From: Octopus vulgaris
Taxonomy: Eukaryota
Reading direction: 5' to 3'
NCBI GenBank assembly: GCA_951406725.2
Contig: OX597814.1
Coordinates: forward strand, 125,364,001-125,428,000
Length of the DNA stretch: 64,000 nt
How positions within the stretch are numbered: the stretch's first letter is position 1; each line of letters begins with the position of its first letter. Below, in pieces: positions 1 to 11,495 of the stretch. Below the pieces are notes generated by a model. The model did no database searches. It worked only from the letters and a program-made list of their open reading frames with translations, and was not told where the DNA came from. Both the position numbers and the translations under genes were made by a program.

Positions 1-308
1 CCTTGTGGGGTCCATGTAAAAGTTCGGTTTTTAAAATTTATGTATAAATTTGTTTTATCTCTACAACATGCAAAATGTTTTAACAATTTTTAATACAAAT
101 CCTAATAAAATTTAATAATAATAACAATATAATAATTTATTATTAATAATAATAATTTAAATGTTGAAGTGAATCTAATAATATTTAATGATGAAAATAA
201 AAGGATTTTTTAAACATCGAATAGCTATGGAGTGGAGGCTGTCATCCGAGTAAAATAGGAATCAAAGGGGTGCATAGGTAAAAAAAAGGGGGAGATTGAG
301 AAACACTG
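1..308. mobile_element. Right end of probable hAT-type MITE (left end outside window)
   Basis: Ends in TTGAGAAACACTG (296-308), the reverse complement of a CAGTGTTTCTCAA hAT/Charlie-like TIR; AT-rich interior. Confidence 0.4.
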
Positions 309-391
309 TTGTAAATCTTCCCCCGTTGATGGGTCAGTCGGAAATATTTTTAGTGGCATTTATAAGTTTATTTGGTAATCAAAATTCTTGT

Positions 392-1581
392 TGTTGGGTG
401 CCGAAAAGTTCCTGGTTTTAAGGGCATCGCGAAAGGGTAGAGTTGCTACCTTTACAGGGGAGGTTGGGCAACTGTTTAAGAGAATATACGCAGAAAATTA
501 TGTTAGTATACAATATATCTTTCTCTTTTTTGCAGATTTAACTCATGATAGTTAAATCCTCCTACGGTGGATTTTGGCAAAATTGAAGCACGGGTGGTCA
601 TGAAGTTCCTCTTTCCGCAAGGCAATGGAGCGGCGGGAATCCATGGTGAGAGGAAGGAAGGCTTAAAGGACGGCTGCCAATCTTGCTCCAGAGTGAAAAT
701 CTGGGCGTCTAGGTTTCGGACTGGGTACTTCGAGTTCACTGATGAACCCCGGTCAAGACGGCCAACTTCCGTAACTCCAGGGAACAAGGCCAACGCTGTG
801 CACGCCATGATTCTCGAGAACCAATGGATTTCAGTTAAAGTTATAACTGAGACTCTGGGGATTTCCCATGAAAGAGTTGGCCACATTATCCACAATATTC
901 TGGACATGAGAAAGCTTTCCGCAAAATAGCCTGATTTTATGGCTCGTTTAGTCACCGTGGGTGAAACTTGGCCCTCGTTATTATGATCTCCCCAAACCAA
1001 GCAGCAATCAATGGAGTGGTCCCACGGCGATTCACGGCGTCCCAAGAAGTCAGCTGGAAAGATTCTGGCTTCAGTGTTCTGGGACAAAGACGAAGTACGG
1101 CTCATAAAATTCCTACTAAAGTGTCGCACCATCAATGCAGGATACTATGTATCTCTGAAGAACTTCGTGAAGCTTTGATGCAGAAAAGCTGTGGAAGGTT
1201 GAGCCACGGTGTCTTGCTTTTGGAGGACAATGCACTAGCACAAACAGCACAGGAAACTCTACGGAAAATACGCGACTTCGGCTTCGAATTGATAGACCAC
1301 CCACCTTATTCTCCTGATTTCGTCCCCCTCCGACTATCACCTCCTTTCACTACTGAAGAAACATCTCAAGGAAACGAAATTTCACTCCGATTCAGAAGTG
1401 ACTGCTGCTGCAGAGGCCTGGTTAGAGGTCCAACCTTCCGAGTTCTAGGACTTAGAAAATTAAAGGACTGCTGCAATAAGTGAGTGACTCTGGGTGGGGA
1501 ATATGCTGAATAAAATCATAATTAACTGATTGTCTTGCATTTTGTTTTACCAAAAGCCAGGAACTCTTCAGCACTCCCTCG
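392..1581 (+). mobile_element. Mariner DNA transposon, near full length, degenerate
   Basis: Imperfect ~28-bp TIRs (GGGTGCCGAAAAGTTCCTGGTTTT ... AAAGCCAGGAACTCTTCAGCACTCCCTCG); internal transposase remnants. Confidence 0.9.
567..1512 (+). pseudogene. Mariner transposase pseudogene (stops and frameshifts)
   Basis: HTH region with DEPRSRRPTS and LDMRKLSAK; catalytic-region LLEDNA and HPPYSPDF motifs in different frames. Confidence 0.9.
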
Positions 1582-1794
1582 GAGCTTCTTTAATGAAACC
1601 ACAGGCACGAAAAACAATAAATTAATATCATTATATTTAAGGACTATCAAAAAGCTAGCAAGAAATATTCTTGCGGTGAGCAAAAAAAAGAAGAAAAAAA
1701 GGAAAACATTCTTAGTCAATGGAGATAATTCCAAACGTGTTTTGGTCTTATATTTACCTCATCAACAATTCATATCTTACGCAGAGTAGTAATG

Positions 1795-2420
1795 ATACAA
1801 TTACTAAATGTAGATCATTGTTGTCATACGAAAATAGAATTGTTTAGAGAAAAAATTATTCTGAGAGGCACTCCGCATGCGAAAACAACTGTTAAGTTAG
1901 TATTCACATATTTCACGCAGTGCACTTTAAAAATTTCAATAAAAATAATTATGCAATGAGAAAGAAAGAACACTATTCGGTAACTTGTGGCTAATATTAT
2001 CTTCATTTTTCCTGAATATCTCGTTGGCAACATGTTTCGATCTTATTCTGTTCTCAGCAGCTTAGCATTCGCAATATTGCTGAAATAGTAATCAAATATT
2101 TGCCGAGTAAATGTACAAGAACAGTGAAGTCTCTTCTTTACAGGTGAGTTCTGAATAAAACCTAAACATACCTGGAGCTCTGTTCCGTTGAAACCGGAAA
2201 AAATAAAATGAATATTAGTCATTGATTGATATTGATCAATATTGGCTTTTCTCACTCCATAATTATTTCTGGTTATTTTAATGACCTTTGCATTAAATAC
2301 ATTAACACTAACTTATCTATTGTTTTAATGCGGATAGTGACTCTACAGCAGTTAACCTTCAAACAATTCTATTGCCAACGCCAGCCAATGTACAATCTTG
2401 TACATTTATAGTTATTCCCT
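1795..2420. mobile_element. Old fold-back/MITE-like element with long degenerate inverted arms
   Basis: About 1795-2015 aligns to the reverse complement of about 2190-2420 (e.g. ATAGAATTGTTT/AAACAATTCTAT, TAAGTTAGT/ACTAACTTA). Confidence 0.6.
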
Positions 2421-2824
2421 GGAGCGTAATTTAAAAGCCATTATCACGCTACGCTCTAAGTTAAATGAGAAAACGTTCTAAATATCGTACGTGAAAATTT
2501 TCTTCAACTCATTTGACTTCGTTCATTAAATTTGTGATATTTAATACGGGGAATACTTTCCAGGAAGTTTATCAGCTGGTGTTATTTAAAACACCATCTG
2601 CTTTCTCTCATTATTTATAAAAAAATTATCCTCGTTTCTATGTATCTCAAAACGTTTGGTTAAATTTGTGCCATAACTTCTCATCAATCATCAGCACAGA
2701 CTGGCTGCTCTAACTTCTGAAGATAAATTAGTTTTGAAATGTTCCCCTTTTTAATATGTTTAGCCTCACCTACATTTTATTTTGCTCGGTGATGAGTTGA
2801 GGAAAGATTTGTGAGAGAACAATA

Positions 2825-3010
2825 CATGGCATGTAACTTAATGTTAAGAGATATGGCGCTGACGAATATGAGATTGTGGTTTCGGTTCCCAGATCGAGTG
2901 ATACACTGTGTTCTTGAACAAGACACTCCATTTCATGTTGCTTCAATCCACTCAGCTGCAAACGAGCTCTAGCAGTAACTGGGGAATTAACCCTGAGACG
3001 GGCCGGCATC
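2825..3010 (+). mobile_element. tRNA-derived SINE family B, degraded
   Basis: B-box-like GGTTTCGGTTCCC followed by TGTGTTCTTGAACAAGACACT...CCACTCAGCTG central domain shared with 13965 and 30023 copies. Confidence 0.7.
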
Positions 3011-3128
3011 CCACACCAAAGAAATCGGGTTCACTTCTAGTCTACAGCTCAGGATAGACCTAAATCTAAGCTTAACTCTAATATATTGCCCTTCACTTCA
3101 AGACATCACTTATCTTCCGAGTCTCAAA

Positions 3129-3191
<63 letters not shown>

Positions 3192-3205
3192 ATCATCATC
3201 ATCAT
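3129..3205. repeat. (CTAT)n plus (CAT)n microsatellite
   Basis: Visible directly. Confidence 0.95.
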
Positions 3206-3489
3206 AGATTGATTGTAATGGCCGGTCAGAGGGTGACCATTGGTCTCGCACCTAAACAGTTAGCTGTACAGGCGATTCGTCTGACTCAAATGGCACATAA
3301 CCTCTCAACAACTGGAGGGAAGAAAACGTTATGGCCAGTTAGTTTTGTAAACAAAAGATATACATCCGGAATGACCCTACAGAAAATTTTAGGCGGGACG
3401 GGATTATCTCTCTTATTTCCGTGACGATTTACGAAGCTCTAGGCGTGGATCTAATAGGCGAATGAGGAATTCCAAGCTTTCAACAGAAA

Positions 3490-3890
3490 ATGTTTCTGAT
3501 GAGGACATTGAGTAAACACTTCTTTTCTAGAGTTTAAAAAGACCCCTTGGTCAAGCAAGTTTTTCAGGATTCTTGCTCTTTATGCCAAGCAAAGCCTACA
3601 TCTTTTGCTCCCGTTGATATACAACCTCTATTGTTCGAGAAGGTTCCATTTAATTATGTCTGGCATGCCCTGCTCTTTTAAATGCCATACGTGGTTGATC
3701 AGGGACGTGATGTTGTGCCTTTCTGGTATCTTAAAAGAAGTCCTGTAATTGCTCAGACCGTGTTTAAAAGGGTTATCTATAAAGCCGACATGTTTCCGTA
3801 TCTTTGATGTTTCTATGTCTGGATATGATACAGCCGCAGTCGTTCTTTTCGTTAACTCTGGGCCTGATGTCGTTGTCGTCGTCGTTGTAG

Positions 3891-3955
<65 letters not shown>

Positions 3956-4398
3956 GCTGCTGATGCTGTTGTTGTTGTTGTTGCTGCTGCTGCTGCTAGA
4001 GTCGCTGCAGCTGCTGCTAGAGTCGCTGCAGCTGCTGCTATTCCTGGACTGGTCTTGGTAATTCCTTTGTCGCTGTAGTTGCCGCCGTTGCTAGTTGCCC
4101 TATTGGAGTCGTTGCCGTCGTAGCTGTTGCTATTGTCTCTGCTGCTCAGCTGCTGCCCTGGTTACCAGTACTGGTCACCATTTCGGCCTCATACAAGACC
4201 CCCTCGATTTCACCCGCAGCTCCACCCCCACTGGATAGTCATTGTACAACCTACAAGAACATCCTACCTCTACTCGTAGCTTAGAACTTACTAATATTGG
4301 GCGCGCAACTAAAAGAGACACTTAAGGTGTGTCTATTAAATAAACGTCCGTATTTTTGTGATTGTGAAGTGTTTGTCCACCAATCTAAGGAATATTCT
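3490..4398 (-). mobile_element. Penelope-like element fragment (post-RT linker and GIY-YIG endonuclease), pseudogenised
   Basis: Minus-strand translations FLRLVDKHF, LFNRHTLSVSFSCAPNI, SLINHVWHLKE, IKWNLLE, GSKRCRLCL, LNSRKEVFTQCPH; (GTT)n/(GCT)n tract at 3869-4040 lies in the linker. Confidence 0.85.
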
Positions 4399-4614
4399 TG
4401 GACAAGCACTCCACAAAATTAAACACACATACAGGCGTTTGTTTAATAGACACAACTTAAAAGTCTGATTCGATAACCACATAACCTCTTCGCAATATAT
4501 CTAGGCACACTGGAAGTCGTATATTGAGACTACTTTGGAACAGAGCAGTTTGCATAAGGGTTTTCGATTTAAACACAAAGCCAACTATGTTGACGGAAAC
4601 TGGGTGTTAGTAGA

Positions 4615-4770
4615 TATCATCGACCCCAGTATTTGACTGGTACTTCACTTTATACACCAGTGATGATTGAAATGCCAAGTCGAAGTTGGTGGGATATGAG
4701 CCTCAGAACATAAAGCCTTAGAACAAGTCCAGAGACTTTTTTTCCGATGCTTTAACGATTCGGAAGCCTT
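4615..4770 (-). mobile_element. MetaSINE-like SINE, degraded
   Basis: ATCGACCCCAGTATTTGACTGGTAC and weak similarity to intact copies at 16647 and 52082. Confidence 0.55.
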
Positions 4771-4860
4771 TTAAATAATAATATCCGACTAATAGAAATA
4801 CGCATAGAAATATGCATCAATACATTGAGGATGCTTAGGACTCATTGAGTTTGATAACAA

Positions 4861-5284
4861 TACTTGTTTCAGTCATTTGACTGTGGCCATGCTGGAGTAC
4901 CACCTTTAGTCGAGCAAATCGACCCCAAGACTTATTCTTTGTAAGCCTAGTACTTAGTCTATCGGACTTTTTTGCCGAACCGCTAAGTTACGGGGACGTA
5001 AACACACTAGAATCGGTTGTCAAGCGATGTTGGGGGAACAAACACAGACACACAAACATATACACACACATACATATATATATACATATATACACACATA
5101 CATATATATATACATATACACGACGGGCTTCTTTCAGTTTCCGTCTACCAAATCCACTCACAAGGCTTTGGTCGGCCCGAGGCTATAGTAGAAGACACTT
5201 GCCCAAGGTGCCACACAGTGGGACTGAACCCGGAACCATGTGGTTGGTAAGCAAGCTACTTGCCACACAGCCACTCCTACACCT
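4861..5284 (-). mobile_element. tRNA-derived SINE family A (internal TA/TG microsatellite, CR1-like tail)
   Basis: Full-length match to copies at 21695, 31116 and 43183. Confidence 0.95.
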
Positions 5285-5324
5285 AATGTTTATATAACAT
5301 TATTTATTATTATAGTAAGTGGTA

Positions 5325-5465
5325 TCTAGAAATAGCAGCTAAATTTCTCTGTGGCCATAAAAAGGGTCAATACATTTTCCGAGACATAAAAATCGGGATG
5401 ACCATGGTTTGAATATCTTTTACTACAGGTGTTCTCAAACAGACCTAAGCTGGAGTTAAACAACG
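5325..5465 (-). repeat. Unclassified interspersed repeat family C
   Basis: Reverse complement resembles 5811-5995 and 47785-48000 (GCTATTTCTAG, ATGACCAT motifs). Confidence 0.45.
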
Positions 5466-5590
5466 GCAACAACAATACCAACACATCAAAAATTACAACA
5501 AAAACACAAACAAAGCATTAAATGAACCGCTTTGTGATTGCGCGACCTAAATGCGTAGCAACTAAATCTTTCTCAAATATACAGTACGTA

Positions 5591-5806
5591 CGAGGGATGC
5601 TGAAAAATTCTTGGCTTTAATGGTATCGCGGAAGGCCTGGTTGGCGGCCCAACCTTCCGAGTTCTTTTAATGGTATTAGAAAAACTGAAGGAGCGCTGCA
5701 ATAAATATGTGAATTTGAGAGAGGAATATGTTGAATAAAATCATAATTAACTGAACCTCCTGTATTTTCTTTTACCCAAAGTCAGGTACTTTTCAGCAAC
5801 CCCTCG
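5591..5806 (+). mobile_element. Mariner-derived MITE (216 bp)
   Basis: TIRs CGAGGGATGCTGAAAAATTCTTGGCTTT / AAAGTCAGGTACTTTTCAGCAACCCCTCG, TA on both sides (5589-90, 5807-08); interior matches both ends of the 392-1581 mariner. Confidence 0.93.
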
Positions 5807-5810
5807 TAAT

Positions 5811-5995
5811 GTTGTTTAGTCTATGTCTACTCTGACTGAATAGACTAATGAGCAAAGGCATTTTATCCGGCCATGACCATTCCGCTTTTATCTCGAACAT
5901 TATCTGTCTTAGTCTACACTCTCTTTTCAATGTAGTAGGGTGTAATTTGAGAGTAAATCAGCTATTTCTAGCAGGGTACGTAGAGACTCCCTCAG
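5811..5995 (+). repeat. Unclassified interspersed repeat family C
   Basis: GTTGTTTAGTC...GCTATTTCTAGCAG...GTAGAGACTCCCTC, shared with 38710 and 47785 copies. Confidence 0.55.
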
Positions 5996-6449
5996 TGACA
6001 TATACGATAGCGAAGTGTTCAGTGGTGTTTATGCAATAAAGGTGGTTAAAGGACTCGATACTTATTTCACCTGACCCGAGAGAAGGAAAAATATATGTTC
6101 TACAGAAGGACTTGAACCCAGAACTTTTACATTCCATAGAATATCCAGTTATCGCTTGTTGTTAAGCACTCATTCAAATGATCCATAAACAAAAACGTTC
6201 CCGTCGTGACCACCTCATCTTTTCGTAGACAGCGCATTCATGACCAGGCCATCCAGTATGTTTTCTTGCTTTTCGTTTTTCTTTGAGTGAATGTCGTGGT
6301 TTGAAGGAGATTTGAGATATAGCTGTTATTTCTTCCAAGACGTGGGCTGATATAACTTGTGCTATTTTTAAGGAATGAAATTGTGACAATTTTATACAGA
6401 AAAGGAGATGGTGGATGGAAAGAGGAAAAGATAAATGATCGAAGATAAG

Positions 6450-6950
6450 ACGGGGGATTGTAATGTTTATACAATTATCGCCAGTATTAGCCATGTCAGG
6501 GAACAGAAATGTCAAACATAAGAAGACAAAAGGATGAAACCGTGTTACAAAACAGCCAACACTTACTGCAATGATTCCACGAAGAACTAATTGTGAAACA
6601 CTTAGACTTTCGCCTAGAACAAACTTGTGAGGCTTCAGCTTCAGATACGAACTACATGGAATGATATTCCAAGAGGATGCCACAAAGAAACACATTACCT
6701 TACTCCAAAGTCTACTTGTAAAGATCGATACGTCATTTAAAAATAACTATTTCAATCAAACAGATTTCCTGTGAGTACCATCTCTGCCGGAGAGAAGCTA
6801 ATAACAGCCAAATCAAAGTCAGGCTGCAATCACGACAGACCGTGTCATTATTGATATTACGGGAAACATCAAGATGGCGTGGAGTGTCAGTAACAAACCA
6901 GAAGATGCACTCCAGAACATCTACCGACACTGCAGAATATTAACAAGCAC
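6450..6950 (+). mobile_element. Highly degraded LINE APE-endonuclease remnant (RTE-like)
   Basis: Short peptides LDF-LEQ, NQTDF (NQIDY-like) and a TDR (SDH-like) motif across frameshifts. Confidence 0.35.
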
Positions 6951-6962
6951 TATAGAATATCA

Positions 6963-6964
<2 letters not shown>

Positions 6965-7004
<40 letters not shown>

Positions 7005-7065
7005 TACATACATATATATATACATATATATATACATATATATATATATATACATATATATATAC

Positions 7066-7110
<45 letters not shown>

Positions 7111-7119
7111 CATATATAT

Positions 7120-7160
<41 letters not shown>

Positions 7161-7232
7161 TATATGTATATATATATATACACATATATATATATGTATA
7201 TATATGTATATACAGGTGTGTGTGTATGTATA

Positions 7233-7285
<53 letters not shown>

Positions 7286-7334
7286 ATATATATATATGTA
7301 TATGTATATGTGTATATATATATATATTTATATG

Positions 7335-7409
<75 letters not shown>
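6965..7409. repeat. (TA)n/(TATG)n compound microsatellite
   Basis: Visible directly. Confidence 0.97.
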
Positions 7410-7410
<1 letters not shown>

Positions 7411-7411
<1 letters not shown>

Positions 7412-7522
7412 GCGTGGCTGTGTGCTTCGTTTCACTATCACATGGGTTCAATTTCACTGCGTGTTACTTTGGGCGAGCGTCTTCTGCTATAATTTCGACT
7501 TCACCAATATCTTGTGAGCGGA
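7411..7522 (+). mobile_element. SINE family A 5' fragment, degraded
   Basis: GTGGCTGTGTG...TTGGGCGAGCGTCTTCTGCTATA...CTTGTGAGCGGA. Confidence 0.7.
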
Positions 7523-7704
7523 ATAAAGCTGCCTGTAGGATTCCTTCCAATCCAAAATGGTTTTTCAACCCAACATTTACATGCTATTATTCATTGTTTT
7601 ATATGAGCCTCCAAAGCTGCTATTCTAAAAAGGAATTATTTCATGTTCTCTCGACAGTTTATAAAATTCTTATGACGTCAACAATATATATGTATCTGTG
7701 TATG

Positions 7705-8460
7705 TACTCCATCCAGCAACGAATTTCGGACTCGTGCCGATATCCACAACTTCCAGCGATGTGTTAGGTTGTATGCGCTATTCCGTGACACTCCACCTGC
7801 ATCTAATGAGGAAGATTGCTCCACCGACCTGGGCCGCCGACCATCCTAGTAGACGCCAGCCCCTGGCCAGTTCCAAGCAGTCGATCTTTTTGCGGCTGAC
7901 TGCCAGCGCGCTGTGGACCAGTTTGACTTTTCCAGGCGTCTCCAGCCGAACTCTCGGCACTTCGATATCTCCGACACCGCAAAGACATCATCATAAAACC
8001 GGCTGACAAGGGTGGAGCCGTGGTGGTGTGGCGCGCGGACCTGTACAAGGCCGAAGCCTTCCGCCAAATTTAAGACACTTCCTCCTACTGTCCTCCAGCC
8101 CCACGTCCAACTACTAACAGACGGTGTCCTCCACTATCCATGACTTCATCTCCTCCTCTCGTCTCCCCCACCGCCTCCAACCTCATTATCCGCACCCCTC
8201 GGAACCGCCACAATTTATCAATTTACCTCCCTCAAAAAATCCACAAACATAACAACCCCGGCCGCCCCATCGTCTCCGCCTGCAACTGCCCCATCGAACT
8301 CATCTCCAGATATATTGACCGTGTCCCCGCTCCCTGGTGGCTTCCCTCCCCTCTCACATCCATGAGACCAACCATGCTCTTCGTTTGTTCAACTCTTCCT
8401 CCTTCCCTCCTGGCCCCTCTAAACTTCTCTTCACTCTTGACATCAAGAGCCTATACACAG
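7705..8460 (+). mobile_element. Penelope-like element RT N-terminal fragment (pseudogene)
   Basis: DIIIKPADKGGAVVVW, KIHKHNNPGRPIVSACNCP and LDIKSLYT motifs typical of PLE reverse transcriptases. Confidence 0.92.
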
Positions 8461-8899
8461 ACGCATATCTATACAACTCTCCTCCCCTCTTCATCTAACC
8501 TCTCTCCTCTCTCCTCTCTTCCTCTCACACCTATATCCTCCCTTCACTCCCACCCACCTCTCCTCTCTTGCTCTGACACCTACTTCCTCTCTTCACTCCT
8601 ACCCAACTTCTCCATTCGAGCCTCTCCCTTCATCATCACTCCTCCATCTTTACCCCACCCCTACACATTCCCACCCCACCATAGCTATACATCCCATCCC
8701 ATTCCCACCCAATCCCATACATTCCACACTCACATAATCCGACAAAATCAAAAACAATGTACATGCGCGAAATTAAAAATATAAAATGGCGACAATTTAC
8801 CCATCGCACCATCTATACATATTTGTGTGCTCGTGTTACAGTGTTATGATGTGTATTTTTTTTTTACAATCCATAACTTAGCGATCAACAAATAGCTTT

Positions 8900-9000
8900 T
8901 GACTGAAATAAGGTCTTGAATCGATATGATCGAAAAATACGTAAAGACGGTAACTCCAGCATGGCCGCAAGTATGATGGCTGAAAGCTGTAAAAGAATAC
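8900..9000 (+). mobile_element. SINE family A 3' tail fragment
   Basis: CTCCAGCATGGCCGCA...GCTGAAA..GTAAAAGAATA. Confidence 0.6.
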
Positions 9001-9009
9001 TTAAGTCTG

Positions 9010-9770
9010 TCATGACCCCTAGGTTTCATAAGGCCAGAGTTTAACTCCGTTTCCATAGTATATAAGTGACCGAGATCACAACACTTCCCCCTGGACGAGA
9101 CGCCAGTCTGTTGCGGAGTTTAACTCCCCCGCTATTGCTGAAACTCATTTAAACTGAGTCTCTTTTATCTCTTACTTGCTTCGGTCATTAGACTGCGATC
9201 ATGCTGGGGCACCGCCTTGAAAAATTTTTAGCTAGATGAATCGACCCTAGTACTGATAATTTTTTTGTTTGTTTTTGTTTTTATTTTGTTTTTTTTTTTG
9301 TTTTTGTTTTTTTTTTGGAGGGGGGAGGCTGGTACTTATTTTATCGGTTTCTTTTACTGAGCCGCTAAGTTGTAAGAATATAAACACCAACTGTCAAGCG
9401 GTAGTGCGGAACACACACGGACGCACACACATAATACATACATACATACATACATACATACATACATACATACATACATACATACATACATACATACATA
9501 CGACGGGCTCCTTTCAGTTTCTGTCTTCCAAATCCACTTACAAGGCTTTGATCGCCCGAGGCTACAGCAGAAGAGACTTGCCCAAGGTGCCATGCAGAGG
9601 AATGAGCCTGGAAACATGTGGTTGGTAAGCAACCTTCATACCACTCAGCCACGCTTTCACCTATATGTTAAATGAAGCGCTTTGCTCAAAAATGCAACGC
9701 GCCACCTGGTCCCCGGTTCAAAACCACAGCTTTACATTCGTGAGTGCGAAACCCTGTCCACTAAGTCACT
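9010..9770 (-). mobile_element. SINE family B split by a SINE A insertion
   Basis: 9010-9160 (CTGGACGAGACGCCAGTC) and 9666-9770 (TTTGCTCAA...CCACTAAGTCAC) are consecutive parts of the element seen intact at 30023-30263. Confidence 0.75.
9162..9662 (-). mobile_element. SINE family A (older subfamily)
   Basis: Head, (CATA)n interior and tail all recognisable. Confidence 0.9.
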
Positions 9771-9808
9771 AAAGGTAATAGCATAAAATACTAAATGGCT
9801 ATATATTC

Positions 9809-10205
9809 TTTTATTCTTTTATGTTTGTTTCAGTCATTTGACTGCGGCCATGCTGGAGCACCGCCTTAAGTCGAGCAAATCAACCCCAGGACTTATTCTT
9901 TGTAATCCCAGTACTTATTTTATGGGTCTCTCTTGCCGAACTGCTAAGTGACGGGGACGTAAACACACCACCGTCGGTTGTCAAGCGACGTTCGGGGGAC
10001 AAACACAGACACACAAACATATACACACACATACATATATACGGCGGGCTTCTTTCAGTTTCCGTCTACCAAATCCACCCACAAGGCTTTGGTCGGCCCG
10101 AGGTTATAGTAGAGGACACTTGCCCGAGGTTGCAACGCAGTGGGACTGAACCCGGAACCATGTGGTCGGTAAGCAAGCTGCTTACCACACAGCCGCTCCT
10201 GCGCC
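9809..10205 (-). mobile_element. SINE family A with TSD
   Basis: Full length; TATATATTC at 9800-9808 and 10208-10216. Confidence 0.95.
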
Positions 10206-10861
10206 TATATATATTCCAGAAAACAATACCAAACATCAAACCGTTTGTTCTTTGGTAATTAATCTGTATTTGTGAGAGGAATATGGAGACAAAGATTATG
10301 GAGATAATCGATCACAGTATGGTTTTCACAGGGCTGTGAAGTGGTTTGCATAAAAATCTAAATGAATGAGACGAAGAGATTAAAATCTTGTTCGTTTTCT
10401 GTGATATCCTTAAAAACGATTATTGAAATTTTTGATCTGTTTATCTGTTTTATCAGTCAATCAACATTTGGTCTATTAATCTGTTGATCAATTTGATCTA
10501 TTAATCAACGTTTCATCCCTCGCTAATCGATATTCTGCGCATGAGTTGGGTTTGAACTCGGAATCCGTTGAAGTACGTAGTTTCTAAATGCAACGACGTT
10601 CTCTCTTAGTTGGACTTTAAATGTAACGATAGCAACTACAGCCATCGAGACTGATTATCATAGCATACGACCAGACATGTTATAGAGGGGGGGAGGGGTA
10701 GAGGAGAGTATTAATGTCACTGTAATCCTGGCAGTAGTTTCATTTGATTGAACTCGGAGAGATGAAAAGGTGAAGTGGATCCCGTTGGGACGAGAACACA
10801 GAGTGTAGGGGATGTGGAAACTAAATCTTGTAAAGTGTTTTTCTCCGTCGATTTACCGAAT

Positions 10862-11166
10862 CCCACCACCACCACCACCACTACCACATCACCACCTACA
10901 ACAACATTTCAGCAACATCATCATCATCATCATCATCAACAACAGTTATAAGAACGATATCTTCTGCCGTTGAAACAGCAACAATTATCACAATTATTGC
11001 AAGCTCAACAGAAACTACTTCAACAATAAAGAAGAACAACTGCAGCAGCTAGAGAAAAACAACCACAAGATCCATGGCCGCAACGATGACAGCAACGACA
11101 AACAACACCACATACAACCTACCACCTCATGACAATAGCTACTACTACTACTACTACTACTACTAC
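10862..11166. repeat. Degenerate trinucleotide repeat region (CAC/CAT/CAA/TAC)
   Basis: Visible directly. Confidence 0.85.
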
Positions 11167-11247
11167 TGTGGAGGTGCACTGGTCCAGTGATCAGGGCAGC
11201 GGACTAGCGGTCGTAGGATCGCGGTTTCGATTCCCAGACCCGGCGTT

Positions 11248-11381
11248 TTTTTTGTTGTTTTTTTTCTCTCTAGTTTCAGCTCAGAGCTGCGGCCAATGGT
11301 AATGCACCGCCGTTTAAAAACCCTTAATCGATTTTCGAACCTTATTGGGTTCTCATCAGAGGCGTCGTTATCATTCTGACA
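11248..11381 (-). mobile_element. 134-bp retroposed insertion: hammerhead ribozyme + CR1-type 3' tail + A-rich tail
   Basis: Minus strand GGCGGTGC...TGGCCGCAGCTCTGAGCTGAAACTAGA then A-rich run matches the CR1 3' end at 26674-26715. Confidence 0.75.
11319..11366 (-). ncRNA. Type I minimal hammerhead ribozyme motif, intact core
   Basis: CCT-CTGATGA-GAACC(caataa)GGTTC-GAAA-ATCGAT-TA-AGG; 5-bp stem II, palindromic stem III AATCGATT, UUA cleavage triplet, 3-bp stem I. Confidence 0.8.
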
Positions 11382-11428
11382 GTTGTGAGCTTTTACTGAG
11401 CGAACCTTGCTGTAGTCTTTCACCACAA

Positions 11429-11495
<67 letters not shown>

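Noticed and set aside
503-1135. 210-aa minus-strand ORF
   Set aside because: Antisense shadow of the mariner transposase
6174-6695. 173-aa minus-strand ORF
   Set aside because: No recognisable domain; overlaps a probable degraded LINE on the other strand
6874-7767. Long ORFs such as [20 protein letters not shown], poly-L/S/F/P/I/N throughout the ORF track
   Set aside because: They are translations of microsatellites that lack stop codons, with no domain content
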